A DNA stretch of 49,591 bases from Octopus bimaculoides (GCF_001194135.2 NC_069006.1:2031735-2081325); one strand, 5' to 3'; shown: positions 36,171 through 46,556, counted from the first letter of the stretch. Numbers and translations are program-made. The notes: generated from the sequence alone by a model not told the origin.

Positions 36171-36280
36171 AAATAAACTTTACTATTCGGTACTGTTACT
36201 GTATATCTCTCGCTTAGAGAGTTAAAACAAGTTATTTAATTCTACGTTTTTCAAAGCACAAAACTTCACCGTGTATGGCA

Positions 36281-36741
36281 TATATATATATATATATATA
36301 TTTCGCCAGCTCGCCGTCCTATGTATATATATATATATTCTGCCAGCTCGCCGTCCTATGTGTATANNNNNNNNNNNNNNNNNNNNNNNNNNNNNNNNNN
36401 NNNNNNNNNNNNNNNNNNNNNNNNNNNNNNNNNNNNNNNNNNNNNNNNNNNNNNNNNNNNNNNNNNNNNNNNNNNNNNNNNNNNNNNNNNNNNNNNNNNN
36501 NNNNNNNNNNNNNNNNNNNNNNNNNNNNNNNNNNNNNNNNNNNNNNNNNNNNNNNNNNNNNNNNNNNNNNNNNNNNNNNNNNNNNNNNNNNNNNNNNNNN
36601 NNNNNNNNNNNNNNNNNNNNNNNNNNNNNNNNNNNNNNNNNNNNNNNNNNNNNNNNNNNNNNNNNNNNNNNNNNNNNNNNNNNNNNNNNNNNNNNNNNNN
36701 NNNNGCCAGCTCGCCGTCCTATGTATATATATATATATTCT
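36281..36741. repeat. 37-bp minisatellite built from a SINE-D 5' end plus (TA)n
   Basis: GCCAGCTCGCCGTCCTATG at 36305, 36342 and 36705 (gap between). Reverse complement GGCGAGCTGGCAGAA equals the family D head. Confidence 0.8.
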
Positions 36742-37022
36742 GAAGGCACAAGGCCTTCAGATTTTGGGGGAGTGGACTAGTCGATTACATCGACCCCAGT
36801 TTGTTTCATATTGGTTTCAAATTTTGGCACAAGGCCAGCAATTTGGAGGTAGGGGAGTACGTCGACTACATCGAACCCAGTATTCAACCGGTAATTATTT
36901 TATCAACTCCGAGAAGATGAAAGGCAAAGTGAACCTCGGCAGAGTTTGATCTCAGAAAGTAAAAACGGACGAAATGCCGCTAAGAATTTTAACTGGTGTG
37001 CTAACGATTCTGCCAGCTGGTC
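36742..37022 (-). mobile_element. SINE family D with two tandem 3' tails
   Basis: Head CCAGCTGGCAGAATCGTTAGCAC; central GCCTTTCATCTTCTCGGAGTTGATAAAAT; the GGCCTTGTGCC tail occurs twice. Confidence 0.8.
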
Positions 37023-37476
37023 ACTTTTATCCGTTTGTATATATTGATTGATGAGGCATATATATAGCGTTTGTGTGTCACCAAATATTTCGTCAGCAGT
37101 GGTGGTGGGGTTACTGACTCGTCTAATAGTATTGACCTGTAAGTTCTATATATACATTAGGGGCCATAGCTTACTTTATACTTTACACAGCTTAATATCG
37201 ACAGACCAGAAAAAGCCAATATTTAAAGAAAACTCCTACTCACATATCTATGTAGTTTCTCTCTGAAATATTTTTACTGATCCCTTCAAATTTTCTCCAA
37301 TCCATGCTGTTCGCACCCAACACAGACACACCCCCTTATATCACTTATTTTTTAGGTATTTTAAAAACTTTAGGGCCCAAGATTCAACCCGTTTTGTCCT
37401 AAAAAAAATGAGCGTTATATCACCATGGTGGATATTGAACCTTGCACCAAGAGATAATGAAGTAGTGGTCATATTT

Positions 37477-37733
37477 GACAATGACAAGTCTTTTAACCCC
37501 CTGGTGTGGGAGTCGTTGGGGCGCAGCAGCCATGCAGCGTATCTTGGGTGAGAAAGCCTGATGGAGCCCAACCCTCTCCTGGCTAAACTCATTTTTGCCA
37601 GCTGTGTGGACTGGAGCAATGTGAAATGAAGTGTTTTGTTCAAGAACACAACGCATCGCCCGATCCAGGAATCGAAACCACAATCTTATGATCATGGTAC
37701 TGACACCCTAACCACTAATTTACGTGCCTCTAC
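37477..37733 (-). mobile_element. SINE with family A head/core and a different tail, flanked by a 14-bp TSD
   Basis: TAGTGGTCATATTT at 37463-37476 and 37734-37747; GTTTCGATTCC B-box; CATTGCTCCAGTCCACACAGCTGGCAAAAATGAG core. Confidence 0.88.
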
Positions 37734-37899
37734 TAGTGGTCATATTTACACTACTGTATATAATGATGAATTATATCTTAATACGGTACCTACTGCATGT
37801 TCTACACTAGGACCACAAGATGTGGATCATAAGAAAGAATGTTGAACACATCCACGGCAACTACAACCTTAAACTGATATCAAAAATTTGAACTAAACC

Positions 37900-37962
37900 T
37901 TCCTAAAATTTGAACTCACAAATCTTAATTCACAAACCAATACTCTAATCTCTGCTGTGACA
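37900..37962 (-). pseudogene. Highly decayed tRNA-Thr relic (unit 2)
   Basis: GAGATTAGAGTATTGGTTTGTGAATTAAGATTTGTGAGTTCAAATT. Confidence 0.45.
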
Positions 37963-39385
37963 ATATATAAATCTATATTAATATCTACGTATATTTATTA
38001 TGCAGTTGAGGTTTTGTTGACACTCGGTTATTCAACATTGCTACCACTACTGGCAATGTTGAATAACACCAGCAGTTATATCAACTTCCATGTGATAACT
38101 ATTTACAGCCAGCGAAACTAATTGAACAATGTTTTATTCACATCAGGAAATCCAATAAATACAGTATTTAGAATAACAGAAAAGTTTCAGTCACAGGAAA
38201 CTTGTGTTTTAAGTTTATCATCAAGTAACTTTAAAAAAAAAACATAAAATATATAATCGANNNNNNNNNNNNNNNNNNNNNNNNNNNNNNNNNNNNNNNN
38301 NNNNNNNNNNNNNNNNNNNNNNNNNNNNNNNNNNNNNNNNNNNNNNNNNNNNNNNNNNNNNNNNNNNNNNNNNNNNNNNNNNNNNNNNNNNNNNNNNNNN
38401 NNNNNNNNNNNNNNNNNNNNNNNNNNNNNNNNNNNNNNNNNNNNNNNNNNNNNNNNNNNNNNNNNNNNNNNNNNNNNNNNNNNNNNNNNNNNNNNNNNNN
38501 NNNNNNNNNNNNNNNNNNNNNNNNNNNNNNNNNNNNNNNNNNNNNNNNNNNNNNNNNNNNNNNNNNNNNNNNNNNNNNNNNNNNNNNNNNNNNNNNNNNN
38601 NNNNNNNNNNNNNNNNNNNNNNNNNNNNNNNNNNNNNNNNNNNNNNNNNNNNNNNNNNNNNNNNNNNNNNNNNNNNNNNNNNNNNNNNNNNNNNNNNNNN
38701 NNNNNNNNNNNNNNNNNNNNNNNNNNNNNNNNNNNNNNNNNNNNNNNNNNNNNNNNNNNNNNNNNNNNNNNNNNNNNNNNNNNNNNNNNNNNNNNNNNNN
38801 NNNNNNNNNNNNNNNNNNNNNNNNNNNNNNNNNNNNNNNNNNNNNNNNNNNNNNNNNNNNNNNNNNNNNNNNNNNNNNNNNNNNNNNNNNNNNNNNNNNN
38901 NNNNNNNNNNNNNNNNNNNNNNNNNNNNNNNNNNNNNNNNNNNNNNNNNNNNNNNNNNNNNNNNNNNNNNNNNNNNNNNNNNNNNNNNNNNNNNNNNNNN
39001 NNNNNNNNNNNNNNNNNNNNNNNNNNNNNNNNNNNNNNNNNNNNNNNNNNNNNNNNNNNNNNNNNNNNNNNNNNNNNNNCAGCAAGAATTTTGGGAAACT
39101 GGAAGAAATATGCAGAAATATTTCTGAGACAGTCTGAGAGAGCCAAGAATAGAAAACCGTTGCAACTCACTCACAATAGAGACACTCCTTTCTGTAGCTC
39201 TGATTCCTGTAACATTTTGAGTGTTCTTAGGTCAAAATCTCGATAGCAAGATATATTTCATTTACATAAGATTCTGTTGTCTTAAGAAAGAAAAATATTT
39301 CTGTAACTTTTGAAATGGTTCACATCTGAACAGGTGACGTTTTTTTCAATTCATCAGAAACTCAAAAATGCGAAAAACCATCGTA

Positions 39386-39460
39386 AGCCACCAGAAAGAA
39401 CTGAACTCAGAACCAATGGTTGAAAAAAGACCAGTGTGCTAACCGCTGAGCTACGATGGC
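39386..39460 (-). pseudogene. tRNA-Thr pseudogene, copy 6
   Basis: GCCATCGTAGCTCAGCGGTTAGCACACTGGTCTTTTTTCAACCATTGGTTCTGAGTTCAGTTCTTTCTGGTGGCT; the anticodon is replaced by a T run. Confidence 0.82.
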
Positions 39461-40349
39461 TTAAGGAATGACAGGTTTTCAAATTGCTATTTGATTCTAC
39501 ATTTTATGAAGCACAAGTCCTCAGTGTATGTGATCGTATATATTGATTGGTGGTGTGTATACATAGTGCTTGTGCGTCACCAAAGATTTAGTCACTGGTG
39601 GGGATTATTGATTGATCTAATAGTCATCGTTTATACATTGATATATATATATATTTCATAAGATAATGATAATAAAACGACTACATTATGATATTTACTT
39701 TGTATTATATTATACTTATCGTGCATTTACTTATTAATCTTTTCTATATGTGACTGTGGATTTTCATGGATGAGTTCATGAACTTTGGTTCTTTTCTCTA
39801 AAACTATATATTTATATATTTTATACTGTGAAACTTAATTTAATTTTAATTTTTGATAAATTGAATTTAATTGAGTTTTTACCTGTAAATTTGGATTTTT
39901 ATCCCTAATATTATTATTATATATATATGTATATATATTGATATATATTGATATATATATATGCATCGTATATATATGTTGATTGATCTAATCAGTCATC
40001 GTATATACATTGGGCCCCATAGCTTACTCTTTATAGTTTGCACAGCCAAACACTGACAGACCAGTAAAGTCAATATTCAAAGGAGACTCCTACGTACATC
40101 TCTTTTTAGTTTCTCTCTGAAATATTTTTATTTATCTCTTCCGAGTTTACCTAATCCTTGTTGTTCATTCGCAACACAGGCACACCCACTCAGATCACTA
40201 ATTTCTTTGGTATTTTGAGAGGTTTAGGGTCCAAGATTCAACCCTTTTTGTCCTTAAAAAAATGTTGTATCACAATGGTAGATATTGAACCTTGCACCAA
40301 GAGATAATGAGATACTGGTCCTATTTACATCAAGAGATAATGAGATACT

Positions 40350-40412
40350 GGTCCTATTGAACTTACAAACCCTGTTTCACAAGAACAATACTCTAACTTC
40401 GTTTATTCTGTC
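40350..40412 (-). pseudogene. Decayed tRNA-Thr relic (unit 3)
   Basis: GTTAGAGTATTGTTCTTGTGAAACAGGGTTTGTAAGTTCAAT aligns to GTTAGAGCACTGGTCTTGTAAACCAGGGGTCGTGAGTTCAAT. Confidence 0.6.
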
Positions 40413-40678
40413 ATCAAATATGACAGAATAGAAATGCATATTAATAATTACTAATATTTAATACGCAACTGAGTTTTTGTAAAACTCAGCTATTTCACAT
40501 TTTTCCCACTGCTGACAGTGTTAAGCAGCAACACTTGTAGATATAGCAACTTCTCTATGATACCTGTTTACAACAAGTGAAACTGGATGAACAAGAATAG
40601 AAAAGTAAAGAATTTTGAGTAACAGAAATGGTCCATAATCCCAGTAGACTCACCTTTAAATTTATAATTAAATATCTA

Positions 40679-40690
40679 AAAAAAAAAAAA
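40679..40690 (-). terminator. Pol III poly-T terminator of tRNA copy 7
   Basis: T12 run 7 nt downstream of the discriminator base. Confidence 0.8.
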
Positions 40691-40697
40691 GACTTAA

Positions 40698-40770
40698 AGC
40701 CCCCAGTGAGAATTGAACTCACGACCCCTGGTTTACAAGACCAGTGCTCTAACCACTGAGCTATGGAGGC
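40698..40770 (-). tRNA. trnT: tRNA-Thr(TGT), copy 7
   Basis: GCCTCCATAGCTCAGTGGTTAGAGCACTGGTCTTGTAAACCAGGGGTCGTGAGTTCAATTCTCACTGGGGGCT; canonical cloverleaf. Confidence 0.96.
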
Positions 40771-41723
40771 TTAGCTAGTTAGATTCTTTTCATATTTCTA
40801 TTTAAATCTAATTTTGTCTCAAAGAAAGGTATGAGACAACGGGTGTGTCTGGTTCGTGAACAACTATATTTGGAGAAGTTGGAATGGTTGAATATTTTTA
40901 TTTCGAAAACATTCTGTGAAGTCTGTTGAGAATTCTTTAAATGGTACCACATTGGGTAAGGATATTGAACTGTATTAATGGCGAATAGGGTAAGATTGGA
41001 GGTAAAAGCTGAGATACAACCAGAATGACTTCCAAGAGAAGAGGAGAACAATAGTGTAGATCCTGGATCTTTGAAGAATAATTGAAGAAGTAACGAAGAA
41101 GAAACCCTTTCTAACTGTCTTGGCATTTCTTGAGTTCAAGAAAGAATTTGATTGGGATTTGGACTGCAAACTCTCAAATTGTCACTGAAATTATTTACAA
41201 AAGATATGTCTGTGCTGTATGTGAATAGCAAGGATTTTGGGAAATTGGAAAAATATGTAGCAATATTTCTGAGGGAATCTGAGAGAACCAAGTATCGAAA
41301 ACCTTTGCTACTCAGTCACAAAATAAAGACATTCTCTTGTATCTATGATTTCTGGAATAATTTGAGTGATATTAAAATCTCAACAGTAAGAGGTACTTAA
41401 TTTAAGTCTTGAAAAGCAATTCTAGTAACCAAGTAACTAAGAAATTCGGGATAATGTAGAGATAGACAAAATTCTGTAACCACAGAAATCCAAGAAGCCA
41501 ATACCAGAATACACATAAATAAACATATGCATACACTCGATTCTAGTCCCTCTGTACTCCTGGATAAAGTACTTGCCTGGCAAAATAGAGATTACGGTTT
41601 GTTCCGATATTCAGAGGGTAGATCGGTGCTAACGTATTTGTTTTCTCTTATTATTTCAAACTTGCATTGTTGTGGCTTTTAAAAACAATTTTAACTTTAA
41701 TTTACGTATAACCTATACTACTT

Positions 41724-41792
<69 letters not shown>

Positions 41793-41933
41793 CANNNNNN
41801 NNNNNNNNNNNNNNNNNNNNNNNNNNNNNNNNNNNNNNNNNNNNNNNNNNNNNNNNNNNNNNNNNNNNNNNNNNNNNNNNNNNNNNNNNNNNNNNNNNNN
41901 NNNNNNNNNNNNNNNNNNNNNNNNNNNNNNNNN

Positions 41934-42676
41934 CGTGATGTGACACAAACTGCACAGATTGATGCAACACAATTAGATGTGCAAAATCCTACCCATAACG
42001 TACAGCTGCAGGATGGATCGAAACGATCGTTATACTGAATGAAGACTAATGCAAGAGGGATGAAGGGTCCACAAGTGATCGGACGATAAAACAGTGGCTT
42101 GGGAGATTCCGTTGTGAGGATGATAGCCTTGAAGATCAAGAAGGTGAAGGACATCCGCCCACCCTTGATGATCAGCATTTGGAAGCAATACAGCTTTCTT
42201 GAACTAGAGCATTATATCAGAGATTTACTGTAAGCAACTGGAAGAAATGCACGTTCGCTTGAGCAAAACGAGGCCGGCCTTTGTTAATCGACGTGGACCA
42301 ACTCTGACTCATGACAACGCTAGACTGCACGTTTCCAGGATAACACTGCAGAATCTCACAAACTTGGGATACGAGATTTTATCAAATCCTCCATATTCTC
42401 TTGATCTTTTACCCGCCCACTACCACTTTTTCAAGCATCCTGACATCTCTTCAAGGCAAAAAAACCCTTCCGTTCCAAAACCGAGGTCGAAACTGAATTC
42501 AAAGATTTCTTGGCATCAAAGTTTGGGGAGTTTTATAGAAGAGGCGTAACTGACCTTGTTAATCGATGGGATGAATGCATTGCTGTTCAGGGATCGTATT
42601 GTGAATAACTGAACCTTTTTTTCAAGAATATAGGCTTATTTTTAAAATCGGCCATTATTTTCCGAACAACCTAATA
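41934..42676 (+). mobile_element. Internally deleted mariner (different subfamily from the copy at 25497)
   Basis: SDRTIKQWLGRFRCEDDSLEDQEGEGHP (HTH region) joined to IYCKQLEEM..HDNARLH..PPYSLDLLPAHYHFF..RWDECIAVQGSY; 3' TIR AATCGGCCATTATTTTCCGAACAACCTAA|TA. The 5' end lies in the gap. Confidence 0.9.
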
Positions 42677-42703
42677 TATATTTACATACGCATGTATATA
42701 TGT

Positions 42704-42745
<42 letters not shown>

Positions 42746-43165
42746 TGACTTACAGACAGACAGTCAGACTGATTGACAGACAGACAGACGGATGGATGGA
42801 TTGATAGATAGAAAGTATTATATACGTGTGTGTGTGAGTGTTTGTGTGTTTGTGTGTTTTCATAAATGCAATATTCATTCATACACAGTCACACTTTCAA
42901 ATATATTCATACACAGACACATGCATATGTTCACACTGACACAACTACACATACACACAGTTCAACGTCTCATAGTTGCAATCACACAGCTTTGCATACA
43001 TCGGCTATACATACAGGCATATACACACATAGACATATATATGTGTGTGTGTGTGTGTGTACGTAAATATATACGCATATAAATAAATATATACATACAT
43101 ATATGTACATTTAAATATCTACAAATATACATATATATATATATGTGCATGTATGTACGTATGTT

Positions 43166-43212
<47 letters not shown>

Positions 43213-43587
43213 ACATTTATGTATATTTGTATGTATGTATGTATAAGCAAACACACACGTACCAACTCATGCATACGCACACAGCTATTCCTAAACAAGT
43301 ACAGCTACACATGACGCATGCGCAAGGGCATCGCAGACACACACACACACATACTGACGTACAAATACATAGACACACGTCTGTATATGATAAATGTTAT
43401 TCGGCGTCATTACTGATATATCAGTTGTCACCTTTATTCTCGCAGTTGTTCCACTCCAATAAATGCAATTTTTTTTATATTCCATAACTTATTCTACGAA
43501 ACCGTTGTAACACTCACAGACTTTGTTACACACAGGTATATGCACACACACACACTCACTGACTGAGTGTATAATATATACGTGTAC

Positions 43588-43632
<45 letters not shown>

Positions 43633-43653
43633 TCATAGTTGATATATAAGTAT

Positions 43654-43689
<36 letters not shown>

Positions 43690-44374
43690 NNNNNNNNNNN
43701 NNNNNNNNNNNNNNNNNNNNNNNNNNNNNNNNNNNNNNNNNNNNNNNNNNNNNNNNNNNNNNNNNNNNNNNNNNNNNNNNNNNNNNNNNNNNNNNNNNNN
43801 NNNNNNNNNNNNNNNNNNNNNNNNNNNNNNNNNNNNNNNNNNNNNNNNNNNNNNNNNNNNNNNNNNNNNNNNNNNNNNNNNNNNNNNNNNNNNNNNNNNN
43901 NNNNNNNNNNNNNNNNNNNNNNNNNNNNNNNNNNNNNNNNNNNNNNNNNNNNNNNNNNNNNNNNNNNNNNNNNNNNNNNNNNNNNNNNNNNNNNNNNNNN
44001 NNNNNNNNNNNNNNNNNNNNNNNNNNNNNNNNNNNNNNNNNNNNNNNNNNNNNNNNNNNNNNNNNNNNNNNNNNNNNNNNNNNNNNNNNNNNNNNNNNNN
44101 NNNNNNNNNNNNNNNNNNNNNNNNNNNNNNNNNNNNNNNNNNNNNNNNNNNNNNNNNNNNNNNNNNNNNNNNNNNNNNNNNNNNNNNNNNNNNNNNNNNN
44201 NNNNNNNNNNNNNNNNNNNNNNNNNNNNNNNNNNNNNNNNNNNNNNNNNNNNNNNNNNNNNNNNNNNNNNNNNNNCGTTCGACATTTATGTTATATATAT
44301 ATTTGTGTGTGTGTTTGTGTGTGTACGTGTATGTGTATGTGTGTGCGTGTATGTGTGTGTGCGTGTAAATACAT

Positions 44375-44412
<38 letters not shown>

Positions 44413-44499
44413 CTTACTTGGAGACAGTGCGTGGCGTTCGATCATATAATAACATAAATAATATATAATTATATGCATATATCCATACATATACGTACA

Positions 44500-44690
44500 T
44501 ACCGACATCTATATGTATCCATACATGCATATATGGGTACACGACATCACAAAAACACGTTAGACACAGAGACATGCAACATAAAGAATATTTCCCTTCT
44601 TCAGTTGTCCCTGTTCCATCTACTCCGCGTTTCGAAGGCAAGGACAATACGCGACTTCGTTGGAATAGTCCTTCCCGCAAAGCAAATTAA
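44500..44690 (-). repeat. Unclassified dispersed repeat H, copy 2
   Basis: Homologous to 28695-28895. Confidence 0.7.
44594..44653 (-). ncRNA. Putative hammerhead-ribozyme-like motif with non-canonical strand order
   Basis: CGCGT-A-TTGTCCTT-G-CCTT-C-GAA-ACGCG-13nt-AGGGACAA-CTGAAGA-AGGG. All three stems and both core motifs are present, and covariation is seen against copy 1. The stem II junction is non-canonical and activity is untested. Confidence 0.4.
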
Positions 44691-44966
44691 ATAAAATTTG
44701 GAATTTTTTGCGGAGGGTGAAAGTGTAAACAAGAACAGAACAATGAGAAGAAGAAAGTAAAAGCAAGACAGAACAGTGAGAACAATGTTTATATATATAT
44801 ACATATATATACATATATCTACATATATACATATATATATATAACGGGAGAAATATAGTGTGACAAAATTTATTTAGCCATTAAAAATTCTTATTTAACG
44901 CCAATTGTTTCGTAACCTAATAAAACAAGTAAACATAATTTATTTTATTATATATAAATTACTTAC

Positions 44967-45107
44967 CTGTCTGCATTAATACTGAAATTGGGGTCTGTCT
45001 ATAATATACCCGTGTGTCTTGTATGTCATCGAATACGGCAGAAGTTATATGTGTTTTTAAGGTTTGTGATCCTTGTGTTGATAGCGATTCGTAGACGTTA
45101 CTGCATT
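44967..45107 (-). CDS. Candidate 141-nt symmetric (phase 1-1) exon of an unidentified gene
   Basis: Donor CAG|gtaagt at 44966-44961; acceptor ggtattttAG; open frame CSNVYESLSTQGSQTLKTHITSAVFDDIQDTRVYYRQTPISVLMQT. Protein not recognised. Confidence 0.35.
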
Positions 45108-45380
45108 CTAAAATACCGCTTTCTTTCATAACACACGCGCTGATGTTTCATTTATAAAAAATAAAATGACATATTGATTTTTCATTTCATTTAATTACAC
45201 TTCTATGATTTTATCAAATAAGGCCTCGTTTTCCGACTGACATCATCATATATGCTTATATACGCACACATCGATATATGTGTGCATATATGCATAGATA
45301 TGCCTCTATGTATATATGCACATGTGTGTGTGTATATATATAGATATTTATATATATATATATATACACATGTATACATT

Positions 45381-45449
<69 letters not shown>

Positions 45450-46440
45450 NNNNNNNNNNNNNNNNNNNNNNNNNNNNNNNNNNNNNNNNNNNNNNNNNNN
45501 NNNNNNNNNNNNNNNNNNNNNNNNNNNNNNNNNNNNNNNNNNNNNNNNNNNNNNNNNNNNNNNNNNNNNNNNNNNNNNNNNNNNNNNNNNNNNNNNNNNN
45601 NNNNNNNNNNNNNNNNNNNNNNNNNNNNNNNNNNNNNNNNNNNNNNNNNNNNNNNNNNNNNNNNNNNNNNNNNNNNNNNNNNNNNNNNNNNNNNNNNNNN
45701 NNNNNNNNNNNNNNNNNNNNNNNNNNNNNNNNNNNNNNNNNNNNNNNNNNNNNNNNNNNNNNNNNNNNNNNNNNNNNNNNNNNNNNNNNNNNNNNNNNNN
45801 NNNNNNNNNNNNNNNNNNNNNNNNNNNNNNNNNNNNNNNNNNNNNNNNNNNNNNNNNNNNNNNNNNNNNNNNNNNNNNNNNNNNNNNNNNNNNNNNNNNN
45901 NNNNNNNNNNNNNNNNNNNNNNNNNNNNNNNNNNNNNNNNNNNNNNNNNNNNNNNNNNNNNNNNNNNNNNNNNNNNNNNNNNNNNNNNNNNNNNNNNNNN
46001 NNNNNNNNNNNNNNNNNNNNNNNNNNNNNNNNNNNNNNNNNNNNNNNNNNNNNNNNNNNNNNNNNNNNNNNNNNNNNNNNNNNNNNNNNNNNNNNNNNNN
46101 NNNNNNNNNNNNNNNNNNNNNNNNNNNNNNNNNNNNNNNNNNNNNNNNNNNNNNNNNNNNNNNNNNNNNNNNNNNNNNNNNNNNNNNNNNNNNNNNNNNN
46201 NNNNNNNNNNNNNNNNNNNNNNNNNNNNNNNNNNNNNNNNNNNNNNNNNNNNNNNNNNNNNNNNNNNNNNNNNNNNNNNNNNNNNNNNNNNNNNNNNNNN
46301 NNNNNNNNNNNNNNNNNNNNNNNNNNNNNNNNNNNNNNNNNNNNNNNNNNNNNNNNNNNNNNNNNNNNNNNNNNNNNNNNNNNNNNNNNNNNNNNNNNNN
46401 NNNNNNNNNNNNNNNNNNNNNNNNNNNNNNNNNNNNNNNN

Positions 46441-46556
46441 AGAAGAAGAAGAAGAAGAAGAAGAAGAAGAAGAAGAAGAAGAAGAAGAAGAAGAAGAAGA
46501 AGAAGAAGAAGAAGAAGAAGAAGAAGAATGAATGAATGAATGAATGAATGAATGAA
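46441..46556. repeat. (AGA)n followed by (AATG)n microsatellite
   Basis: Direct runs after the gap. Confidence 0.95.

Larger units (their letters stand above)
34400..41420. repeat. Tandem segmental triplication carrying the tRNA-Thr genes (units about 34400-37899, 37900-40349, 40350-41420)
   Basis: Homologous flanks in the same order: X at 34485/37995/40455; Y at 35020/39080 (partial)/40780; Z at 35800+37035/39461+39980. Confidence 0.85.

Noticed and set aside
39741-39754. 14-bp match TTTCTATATGTGAC to 15601-15614, followed by a vaguely hammerhead-like CTGTGGA...GAAC
   Set aside because: 14-bp AT-rich matches are expected by chance in a window of this size, and both core words are altered.
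40654-40675. 22-nt minus-strand micro-exon (poly-T acceptor, AAG|gtgagt)
   Set aside because: The pyrimidine tract is the tRNA terminator, the sequence is extremely AT-rich, and there is no other support.
35300-41400. Similar short ORFs at 35300/35352 and 40975/41152 suggesting a gene family
   Set aside because: They are readings of duplicated flank Y, and the frames and stops are not conserved between copies.
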